Source of the DNA: Macrostomum lignano
Taxonomy: Eukaryota
NCBI GenBank assembly: GCA_002269645.1
Contig: NIVC01000067.1
Coordinates: 62,001 to 126,000 of the forward strand
DNA: 64,000 bases
Direction: 5' to 3'
The notes beneath the pieces are model-generated. The model was not told where the DNA came from. It searched no databases and saw only the letters and a list, made by a program, of their open reading frames with translations. Shown piece after piece: positions 36,952 to 48,274 of this stretch (position 1 is its first letter; every line of letters begins with the position of its first letter). The position numbers and the translations under genes were made by a program.

Positions 36952-39900
36952 TCACGTGCGGGGACATTGCCTGCCCCACCCCGCCTCCGCCTCACATCCC
37001 ATCTGTTGCCGAGTTCGAATCGCCGCGAAATTCAGCGGCCTCGGCGGTAGAGGCGGCGGCAGCTCCTGTCCAGTATTCTCCACAGGCCTCCTGACGTCGG
37101 CAGCCTCCTGCGGCTCGTTGTAGGAATACAATTCATCTGGAGCATCGCCACGCTCATCCGGACTGTACACCGGGTTGTCCGTTGTTGAATCTTCCTTGCT
37201 GTCCTTGGACGGCCCTGAAAAAGCAGCTCGGAGTCGCCTGCGCGAGCATCGGAACACCGCCAGAACTGCTGTCAAGGCCGAAACGGCGAGCGCGGCCACT
37301 AGAACTGGCGGCCACAGTGGAATGCTGGCACTGAGGGACTCCAGCAGCTCCGGCCACTTCTGCGTGCAGTTTGGAGCCTGAAAGCCATCGCGGCACATGC
37401 AGACAAAGCCGCCCAACAGGTTCTGGCACACCTCTGTCTCGTTTGAGCAAGGCCCGCTGTCCAGGCGGCACTCGTCGACGTCCTCTTGGCACTGCCGGCC
37501 GGAAAACCCGGACGGGCAGCGGCAGGTAAAGCTGCCTGGCGTGTTCTCGCAGTTGCCGCCGTTGAAGCAGGTCGGATAGCCCATTATTCTGCACTCGTCG
37601 ATGTCCTCCGTGCAGTTCCGGCCGCGCCAGCCTGGCCCGCAGTGGCAGCTGTAGGTGCCGAACCAGTTCTCGCAGACGCTGCCCTTTCCCCGACACGGCG
37701 AGATCGATCGGCACTCGTCGACGTCGAGCTGACAGGCGTCGCCATGGAAACCAGCGGGGCAGGCGCAGCCGACACGGGCGATGCAGGTACCACCATTTTG
37801 GCAGGGTCTGCTGTACTGGCAGGGTTGGAGTTCCCTTATGCACGTGGCTCCTGTGTGATACGTGATTTATGAGCAGTTAAACTGAACTGAATCTGGACTA
37901 AGCATCGATGTCACTGCAGGACTCTCTCACCTCCAAAACTCGGCCTACATTTGCAGACAAATTTATCTGGCAGATCAATACACCTGCCTCCATTTTTACA
38001 CGGCTCACTGGAGCAAAACTTTTCTCGACAGCCGGTAGCCAGGTTATATGCTGGAAATTAAATGATCGCTCATGTTTTACGGACACAACTTTACTCATGA
38101 AAAATAGTTTGTCTCGTTAAAGTACTTGGCTTGCAGATCTTGTTGCCGTCCATGTCACAATAGTAGTGACCGCCATTGTAGTCGCTTCTGGGTTGGCAGA
38201 ATTTGCTGCAATCCGATCCGTAGTAGTGCACTTCACACTGGACTGATATCTGCAGTGCTAGACTGAAATCGTTGCATGCTTCTCGTTAAATCTTGATCCT
38301 AATACCAACCAGAGCATGCACTTTGTAGCAAAACAGTTGCCACGTCAACATGACTCACTTGGCAGCCGCCATGCCGTTGTCCACCAGATGAACTTCCGTT
38401 GGCGCGCTGAGGTCTCCAAACGGTTTGGCGGTAGCAGAGAAGCGGTGGTGGAAAGACCCCATGTAGTCATTGGAGGTCACAGAGTCAAAGTCATCCACTC
38501 TCACGCTGATGTCTAAGTGGCCCTACAATAAAATTTAATATCATAGTTCTAAAAACAGGGACCAATGCGAGAGGCGATGCTTACCCATCAGCGCCAACAC
38601 TTACTTGATAGTTTTCGATTCGATTCACTATCGGATTGTCAATGTTCACAATCTTGCTGCCGAAATATACGGTGTTTGCGCCTTTCTCCCTGTCCGTCTC
38701 GTAGCGAAACGTTTCCCTGCGTCAAGATACGTCGTTTAGATAATAGACACATCTGATAGACACTCGACGCTGATTTATCTACATCTACTGGACGCAGACT
38801 AGACACATCTGAGACACACTAGATGCAGACTAGACAGACACATCTGAGACACACTGGACGCTGATTAGACACATCTGATAGACACTCGACGCTGATTTAT
38901 CTACATCTACTGGACGCAGACTAGACACATCTGAGACACACTAGATGCAGACTAGACAGACACATCTGAGACACACTGGACGCTGATTAGACACATCTGA
39001 TAGACACTCGACGCTGACTTATCTACATCTACTGGACGCAGAATAGACACATCCGAGACACACAGGACGGAGAATAGACACACCCGAGACACACTGGAAG
39101 CAGACTAGACACATCTGAGACACACTAGACGCAAACTAGACACACTTGAGACACACTAGATGCAGACTAGACACATCTGAGACACACTGGACGCAAACTA
39201 GACACACTTGAGACACACTAGATGCAGACTAGACAGACAAATCTGAGACACACTGGAAGCAGACTAGACACATCTGAGACACACTGGACGCAGACTAGAC
39301 ACATCTGAGACACACTGGACGCAAACTAGACACACTTGAGACACACTAGATGCAGACTAGACACATCTGAGACACACTGGACGCAAACTAGACACACTTG
39401 AGACACACTAGATGCAAACTAGACAGACAAATCTGAGACACAGTGGACGCAGACTAGACAGACACATCTGAGACACACTGGACGCAGACTAGACAGACAC
39501 ATCTGAGACACACTGGACGCAGACTAGACAGACACATCTGAGACACACTGGACGCAGACTAGACAGACACATCTGAGACACACTGGACGCAGACTAGACA
39601 GACACATCTGAGACACACTGGACGCAGACTAGACAGACACATCTGAGACACACTGGACGCAGACTAGACACATCTGAGACACACTGGACGCAGACTAGAC
39701 AGACACATCTGAGACACACTGGACGCAGACTAGACACATCTGAGACACACTGGACGCAGACTAGACAGACACATCTGAGACACACTGGACGCAGACTAGA
39801 CACATCTGAGACACACTGGACGCAGACTAGACAGACACATCTGAGACACACTGGACGCAGACTAGACAGACACATCTGAGACACACTGGACGCAGACTAG

Positions 39901-40712
39901 ACAGACACATCTGAGACACACTGGACGCAGACTAGACACATCTGAGACACACTGGACGCAGACTAGACAGACACATCTGAGACACACTGGACGCAGACTA
40001 GACACACCTGAGACACACTGGACGCAGACTAGACACATCTGAGACACACTAGACGCAGACTAGACACATCTGAGACACACTAGACGCAGACTAGACACAT
40101 CTGAGACACACTAGACGCAGAATAGACAGACATCTGAGACACACTGGACGCAGACTAGACACATCTGAGACACACTAGACGCAGACTAGACACATCTGAG
40201 ACACACTAGACGCAGACTAGACACATCCGAGACACACTGGACGCAGACTAGACAGACACATCTGAGACACACTGGACGCAGACTAGACAGACACATCTGA
40301 GACACACTGGACGCAGACTAGACACATCTGAGACACACTGGACGCAGACTAGACACACACCTGAGACACACTGGACGCAGACTGTCTCAAATTCGCCATA
40401 TTTGGCTGGCTAGGAACTTACCCACTAACTTCGAGCTTAATGGTAAAAAACGGATCGCAGTGTCTGCCGAAGAAGAACCGGTTATCGCATCTGTGCCCGT
40501 TATAAAGCCAACCTCTCTGGTTGCTGTAGTACAGGAATCGAATTTTGATAACGGCAACTGAAGTCACAGCTTGAATCAGCTGAAATAATTGGTTTGATTC
40601 ATTGGGCATGACAACACTGCAGGTAAAAATTTGGGAAACATTAAGAATCGCTTACCAACTGACCCAGCAATATGATGGCGATAAGCTTGATGCAGTGCCG
40701 TGGCATTCCCAT
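36952..40712 (-). CDS. Delta-like type-I membrane protein B: signal peptide - C2/MNNL - DSL - 5 EGF - TM - tail, 548 aa
   Basis: Exons 40656-40712, 40422-40579, 38605-38716, 38359-38522, 38126-38262, 37931-38050 and 36952-37850 have the same intron phases and near-identical sizes to gene A. DSL is CEVHYYGSDCSKFCQPRSDYNGGHYYCDMDGNKIC. TM is IPLWPPVLVAALAVSALTAVLAVF. Confidence 0.88.
38745..40382. repeat. 23/27-bp minisatellite (agacacatctgagacacactggacgcagact core) filling intron 2 of Delta-like gene B
   Basis: Tandem units with or without an extra 'agac'; more diverged at the 38745 end. Confidence 0.95.
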
Positions 40713-41324
40713 TTCAAATTGGTGGCAATGGTGCCCCGGCTAGGTGAATGCAATTTCTACTGAAACTTATAGCACAGTTCAAAGCCGACGCTCTCCGCTT
40801 GTAACAATAAGCGCCATTTACACATGTAGCCAAACACAAGTAGCCAAGTAAAATCAACAACCAGGTGTGACTGCATCTGCAGACTCGTGAACAACTCAGG
40901 TATTTAGGACGCTACAACTGGCAATCTTGCAGTTTCACTGAATGCCTCAGGGTTCGCTGTTAGATAAATTACCGAGATGGAACAAATAGCAGAACCTGAA
41001 TTTCAAAGTGAGCGTTTTTTCTGAGTTAAATTTTCATGCTTTTCAATGCAATAAATTCTGAGCAAACATTTCCAGACCAACTGAGAACCCTGATCTTGAG
41101 AGTAGACGGCTTTGTGAAAGTAGTACTACAAGTATAAGGTTCATATTTAATCTAATGTAATTTAGGGACCATTAAAAATAGGAATTAAGTTAATTAATAT
41201 GGAGCCATTTCATTATTAAGCATCTAATTGGCAATGTGCTTGTCTTAATGAAAATGATGATCAGCGAAGGCTGAGTGTTGGCAATTATTAATCATTATTA
41301 GTTTGCGGCCACTAGAAACTTACA

Positions 41325-42993
41325 AAAGATCACACTGAGAGTAGATCACACTGTGAGAGTAGATCACACTGTGAGAGAGTAGATCACACTATGAGAGTAG
41401 ATCACACTGTGAGAGAGTAGATCACACTATGAGAGTAGATCACACTGTGGGAGTAGATCACACTATGAGAGTAGATCACACTATGAGAGTAGATCACACT
41501 ATGAGAGTAGATCACACTATGAGAGTAGATCACACTGAGAGTAGATCACACTGAGAGTAGATCACACTGTGGGAGTAGATCACACTGTAAGATAGTAGAT
41601 CACACTGTGAGAGTAGATCACACTGTGAGAGAGTAGATCACACTATGAGAGTAGATCACACTATGAGAGTAGATCACACTATGAGAGTAGATCACACTAT
41701 GAGAGTAGATCACACTATGAGAGTAGATCACACTATGAGAGTAGATCACACTGTGGGAGTAGATCACACTGTGAGAGAGTAGATCACACTATGAGAGTAG
41801 ATCACACTATGAGAGTAGATCACACTGAGAGTAGATCACACTATGAGAGTAGATCACACTGTGAGAGTAAATCACACTGTGAGAGTAGATCACACTGTGA
41901 GAGTAGATCACACTGTGAGAGTAGATTACACTGTGAGAGAGTAGATCACTCTGTGAGAGTAGATCACACTGAGAGTAGATCACACTGTGGGAGTAGATCA
42001 CACTGTGAGAGAGTAGATCACACTATGAGAGTAGATCACACTATGAGATTAGATCACACTGAGAGTAGATCACACTATGAGAGTAGATCACACTGTGAGA
42101 GTAAATCACACTGTGAGAGTAGATCACACTGTGAGAGTAGATCACACTGTGAGAGTAGATTACACTGTGAGAGAGTAGATCACTCTGTGAGAGTAGATCA
42201 CACTGTGAGAGAGTAGATCACACTATGAGAGTAGATCACACTGTGAGAGAGTAGATCACACTATGAGAGTAGATCACACTGTGGGAGTAGATCACACTAT
42301 GAGAGTAGATCACACTATGAGAGTAGATCACACTATGAGAGTAGATCACACTATGAGAGTAGATCACACTGAGAGTAGATCACACTGAGAGTAGATCACA
42401 CTGTGGGAGTAGATCACACTGTAAGATAGTAGATCACACTGTGAGAGTAGATCACACTGTGAGAGAGTAGATCACACTATGAGAGTAGATCACACTATGA
42501 GAGTAGATCACACTATGAGAGTAGATCACACTATGAGAGTAGATCACACTATGAGAGTAGATCACACTATGAGAGTAGATCACACTGAGAGTAGATCACA
42601 CTGAGAGTAGATCACACTGTGGGAGTAGATCACACTGTGAGAGAGTAGATCACACTATGAGAGTAGATCACACTATGAGAGTAGATCACACTGAGAGTAG
42701 ATCACACTATGAGAGTAGATCACACTGTGAGAGTAAATCACACTGTGAGAGTAGATCACACTGTGAGAGTAGATCACACTGTGAGAGTAGATTACACTGT
42801 GAGAGAGTAGATCACTCTGTGAGAGTAGATCACACTGTAAGAGTAGATCACACTGTGAGAGTAGATCACACTGTAAGAGTAGATCACACTGTGAGAGTAG
42901 ATCACACTGTAAGAGTAGATCACACAGTGAGAGTAGATCACACTGTGAGAGTAGATCACACTGTGGGAGAGTAGATCACTCTGTGAGAGTAGA
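41325..42993. repeat. 16/18/20-bp satellite (ctgtgagagtagatcaca), reverse-complement relative of the 34265-36600 array
   Basis: The reverse complement of tgtgatctactatctcacag is ctgtgagatagtagatcaca. This array uses the same unit minus 'ta', with occasional full-length units (ctgtaagatagtagatcaca). Confidence 0.95.
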
Positions 42994-43019
42994 TGTTTTT
43001 AAGGGAAGGATGCTCTGAA

Positions 43020-43420
43020 GGATTGCTGTGATGTGAAGGTTGCTGTGAAAGGAGGTGTTGTGAAGGGAGGGTGCTGTGAAGGGAGAGTGCTGTGAAGGGA
43101 GAGTGCTGGGAAAGGAGGGTGCTGTGAAGGGAGGGTGCTGGGAAAGGAGGGTGCTGTGAAGGGAGGGTGCTGGGAAAGGAGGGTGCTGTGAAAGGAGGGT
43201 GCTGTGAAAGGAGGGTGCTGGGAAAGGAGGGTGCTGGGAAAGGAGGGTGCTGTGAAAGGAGGGTGCTGTGAAGGGAGGGTGCTGTGAAGAGAGGGTGCTG
43301 GAAAAGGAGGGTGCTGTGACCAGGGTGCTGGGAAAGGAGGGTGCTGTGAAAGGAGAGTGCTGGGAAAGGAGGGTGCTGTGAAAGGAGGGTGCTGGGAAAG
43401 GAGGGTGCTGTGAAGGGAGT
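43020..43420. repeat. 16-bp G-rich minisatellite (ggagggtgctgtgaaa)
   Basis: 16-bp period, about 25 units. Confidence 0.9.
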
Positions 43421-44317
43421 TGTGAATGACTATAAAACTATTAATTTAATTCACTTCTCAGACCCTTGGCTGTTAGTTTATGTAGCTGACCAAATGGGAA
43501 TAAATAGCACAGACAGTGGCCAGGGAACTTTGATAAGCTTGTAAGGAGTAAATACGCTCTCTGCCTGGTTAATATGGATATCATATTGTTGTTTATGTTG
43601 CTACCGTTCCGTTATCAGTGCTAGGGTTGGACACAAAAATATCTCATACGCGGATCTGATATATCGGAGACTTGAACCCATGGCATACAAAATAGAGCGC
43701 ATGGATTGTAATCATTGCTGCGGGCCAGGTGAGGGTGGAAAGGTGATGGAATGGGGGAGAGAGAAGAAAGAGATGAGAGATTACGAAATAGAGGAGAAAT
43801 GAGAGGCGAGATGAGATATAAGAGAAGAGAGAGAAGAAAGGAGAGAGATGAAAAGAGAGAAGAAAGGAGAGAGAAGACAGCTGAGAAGAGACATCAACCT
43901 TGAGCGGGCCGGATTGCTATTTTCAAAATTTCAAGTTCAAAGGACCCGAGGGTCGGAGTATACCGACCCCTGGCCTAAGCTTTATGAGAATTTGATAATC
44001 AAGTTTTATATCGATACAATCAGATTTATCGAGGAACTTTACACCAAAGCCAATCTAGATGTTTTGTCCAGAACGCCCTGTTAACTACCGGAATTCAGTC
44101 TGCAGCTGCCGGCTGCACCGCTTCAATTAGAAGCTGCGGTGCTAATGCGGCTGTCTGCTCTTATCTACAAAAATTTATTGCCATCCTCATTCAGATGAGG
44201 GCTGGCGGACAGCAGAGTATATAGCTGTGACAATTAGCAGATAACTGCGTTCCTACTAATAACTCCGTTTGATTCTTCAGCCGTAGACAGCTAAGGTATC
44301 TGACAATGCTCCGAACT

Positions 44318-47300
44318 GCATGTGACTGCCCTGCCTACTTTCTTCTGCTGCTGTTGTTGGCCATCAGCTCTGCTTCAGCTCATCCGGCTCGTCTGCATCG
44401 CTGGAACCTGACCGCCTGTCGAGCAGCCAACTATGCCAAGCTGGTGAGGAAGTAAAAACAGAGCATAATATTTCCGGGGGCGCTTTCACTAGGCCGAAAC
44501 TTCACTAGGCCGAAACTTCACTAGGCCGAAACTTCACTAGGCCGAAACTTCACTAGGCCGAAACTTCACTAGGCCGAAACTTCACTAGGCCGAAACTTCA
44601 CTAGGCCGAAACTTCACTAGGCCGAAACTTCACTAGGCCGAAACTTCACTAGGCCGAAACTTCACTAGGCCGAAACTTCACTAGGCCGAAACTTCACTAG
44701 GCCGAAACTTCACTAGGCCGAAACTTCACTAGGCCGAAACTTCACTAGGCCGAAACTTCACTAGGCCGAAACTTCACTCGGCCGAAACTTCTAGTGAAAC
44801 CCCCCATCTTTCCTACTCATAGTTCAAATGAAATACTGAGAATTTTATCTCTTGATCCTGTCTACACTGTTCTGCCCTGCCTGTCCTGCTATGTCCGTCT
44901 GTCTGTTCCCTTCTGCCATGTTTGTCTTAACGCTAATTCGCAGACTCAACAGCAGCTGAACTATCAGTCGTCCAGTTGCCAACCGGAACTACCCTATTAC
45001 TGGATTTGCCCGGAAGCCCGTCCCGACTCGTACACTCTGCTCCTGTTCGTGCCAGTTGGTTCCGTACTACCGGAAGAGGTCAACGTGTTCTCAAGCAATC
45101 AAAATCCGCTCGCTAATGTTGAGCAAGAGTTCGTGACGTGGCGCGGCGTGGCGAGCAACTGCTCAGTGCGGATGCTGCGCGCCGTCATACCGCTTCCTCG
45201 GAGGGTGTATCTATCGAAAACGATGTACATTCATCTGATATACTCTAATAAAGCTAGCACCATCTACAGAATCGACGCGCAGTGCAAGCCTCCGTGCAAG
45301 AACTGGTGTAAGTCTACGTACGGGCAGATGCATATTTCGTTCAATTATTTTCTGAATCCCACGAATTGACAAATGAAAGCTTTAAAAAAACTTTTCAAAT
45401 TCGAAAACTTGTGACTTTTGAACGTTTGTCAATAGGAATGACAGTACTGAAGAAGATCGAAGTCCTGCTCTTGACTTAAAACGGAAAATTTGCATCAGAA
45501 CATCCTCTGAAAGTCTGACTCTCGCTACGCGAGCGCAGTATGCAGGTTAGATTCCGTGAAATAAAATTGGCTTTTAGGGCCAACTGTCATTCTCGCCCTC
45601 ATGGAATGGGCAAGACTGCTTGCCTTCTTGATGGCTGTCGCTCGTTCGATGGTGTCTAAAGCACCTTACCCCTGTGAAAACGAACGAACTAATCTCGATT
45701 GTATTTCACTTTTGAAGCAGCCTGTTCACGCCTGTCTAACTGCAGATCCGTCCCGGATGGAAGAGCGACCGTGGATGGGGTGGACTGGATACAAGATGCG
45801 GACAAGCTGGCGGCAGCAGAATGCCAGCAAGGCACGCAAGCAACAGCTAGACGAGTTCACCGCCTTTTTCACAGATTCTGGAGACGATCGAAGTAGAAAA
45901 GGGGTCGAGCTGAAAATGATTCTGGGAAATCAGAAAGAAACGGTGAGTTCATGTCGTGGATGTTAACAATGAAGGCTGCCTTTTATAAGTAACAGTGAAG
46001 TATAGACGATGACCTCATGTGGATGTACAACATTTCCGTACAATTTCTGCTATAGCTTGTCAATCTAGCTTGAATTCAATGTACAGTACAGTATAATGTA
46101 CAGCAAAGTGTTCTTATAGAAAAAATCCCGGCTGTAGAAAGGCTGGGCAAAGAGGGGTGTTGAATTAAAAGCGATAGTCTATGGCCAGCCCTGCTGACCA
46201 GTCCGACTGGAAAGGCCTTTTTATTATGAGGCGGTGTGGCTATCGAGGTGGTGAATGGAGTGTGAGGTTGTGTGGCCATCGAGGCGATGAGGAGCGTGAG
46301 GCTGCGTGACCGACTTTCTTCTGTGAGTGGAAAGTGAGCACCAACTGCTACAATGAGACAGAGATGTGATGTTTATTTATTGCAGATTAAGCCGAGTTGC
46401 ACGGATGGCTGGTGCCGTTTTGCCCTAGTCGGATCAGTATTCAACAGTGATGGTGGCAGCTCAGAGGTGGATAGACTTCTCCGGGCAAGGTTTGCTGTAA
46501 GTTTTTTTTACAAAAAAGTATTAATTTTAAATAAGTTTTCCGCATAAATAAAGATTATGCTCAAGATGCTTCTCCTATGCTTGCAGTACAAATTCCCGGC
46601 CAGTTACATCCGATCGAGATTTTTGCCATGGCGGGTGAACGGTGAGTCAAGTTGGTGAAGGCAAAACATTCCAATATTCCGATGCGGTCCCTTTTATCTG
46701 TGCCTCCCCCTCGTTTGTTCCTCAATAGAAAACTCGCCCGTCGCCGCTGCTGTCCAACCAAGTCCAAAAGCGGACGGCAGCAACTCCTACCGGGCACCCA
46801 TTCTCGCAGTGGTTGGCGTCGTGTGCGCCACCTTGGTCCTGGCAGTGTCGGGTGAGTTTGGAATTCATTTGTTGCCAATAATTATTTCTTATCCAATCAT
46901 CTCCTTCCTAAGACGGTTCCGACGTCTTAGGATGCTTGTTAGTCGTCAAATTTTCCACCCTTGAGACCTTGATTATCCTCTGCGACGGTACTCAAAGACA
47001 CCTCAGACAACTCGTTTCCAGTCCAGAGATTCTGGGGGTTCATGAACTTGATCGCTAGTATCAATGCAGACAGCTCGTATCCAGTCCAGAGATTCTGGGG
47101 GTCCATGAACTTGATCGCTAGTATCAATGCAGACAGCTCGTATCCAGTCCAGAGATTCTGGGGGTCCATGAACTTGATCGCTAGTATCAATGCAGACAGC
47201 TCGCATCCAGTCCAGAGATTCTGGGGGTCTATGAACTTGATCGCTAGGATCAATGCAGACAGCTCGTATCCAGTCCAGAGATTCTGGGGGTTCATGAACT

Positions 47301-48274
47301 TGATCGCTAGTATCAATGCAGACAGCTCGTATCCAGTCCAGAGATTCTGGGGGTTCATGAACTTGATCGCTAGTATCAATGCAGACAGCTCGTATCCAGT
47401 CCAGAGATTCTGGGGGTTCATGAACTTGATCGCTAGTATCAATGCAGACAGCTCATATCCAGTCCAGAGATTCTGGGGGTCCATGAACTTGATCGCTAGT
47501 ATCAATGCAGACAGCTCGTATCCAGTCCAGAGATTCTGGGGGTCCATGAACTTGATCGCTAGTATCAATGCAGACAGCTCGTATCCAGTCCAGAGATTCT
47601 GGGGTTCATGAACTTGATCGCTAGTATCAATGCAGACAGCTCGTATCCAGTCCAGAGATTCTGGGGGTCCATGAACTTGATCGCTAGTATCAATGCAGAC
47701 AGCTCGCATCCAGTCCAGAGATTCTGGGGGTCCATGAACTTGATCGCTAGAATCAATGCAGATGCCGAGAGCCGCTTCATCAAAACCGACTCCCGCAGCC
47801 GTTCCTCGACGATTGAGGAGAGATGAGGCAGTAGCAGCTGTAGAAGCCGGCGACGCCGAGGTCGGTGCCTTGAACCCAGACAGCGCTATCGGCGATCTTT
47901 CAGCGTCCGGCAGCCTCCTGGTGTCCGGGCGGGCGCTACGCATTCAACTGTCGCGCCTGTTGCGCGCCGGCGCCAAAGGCCTGCGACTGATCCGGCGCGC
48001 GCGCCAGTTCACGCCCAGCAGAGCTCGGACCGCGCGCGGCCCGCTGGTGCTGCTGCTGGACCGAGCCGCCGCCAACCGGCACCGCCGCCTGCTCGCCAGC
48101 CTGCTGGTCTGCGAGAAGCATCGCCAGACCTGCCTGCTGGTTGTCGAGCCCGATGGTAGCCTGCGCCGAGAGGCTGTCGGCCCGCGCCAAACCTGGCCGG
48201 TGGCGCCGGCGCTCGCGCGGCAGGTCCTGCGGCTGACTGCAAACCCGGAGACCGGATGGCTGGGCGACTGCTGA
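44318..48274 (+). CDS. Putative multi-exon type-I membrane protein of unknown family; exon chain only partly resolved and may be more than one gene
   Basis: Signal-like exon TFLLLLLLAISSASAHP...KL| ending at 44443 (no in-frame ATG found). Exon 44944-45307 is in frame with it. Ambiguous exon(s) lie in 45578-45941 and 46391-46490. Exon 46587-46641, then TM exon 46729-46851 (ILAVVGVVCATLVLAVS|GCLLVVK). A GC3-rich terminal ORF runs 47756-48274. Confidence 0.4.
44487..44791. repeat. 16-bp near-perfect minisatellite (actaggccgaaacttc), about 19 units, intronic
   Basis: Identical units except the last; lies between a GT donor at 44444 and an AG acceptor at 44943. Confidence 0.95.
47010..47762. repeat. 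63-bp tandem repeat, 12 copies (one unit of 62 bp)
   Basis: ccagtccagagattctggggg recurs at 47018, 47081 ... 47585, 47647 and 47710. Confidence 0.97.

Noticed and set aside
34265-42993. Regular short-period arrays as CRISPR
   Set aside because: No unique spacers, no cas genes, and the context is eukaryotic and intron-rich.
43660-43730. tRNA gene (B-box-like ggttcaagtctcc on the minus strand; similar word near 17527 on +)
   Set aside because: No cloverleaf or clear A-box. At most a decayed tRNA-derived SINE.
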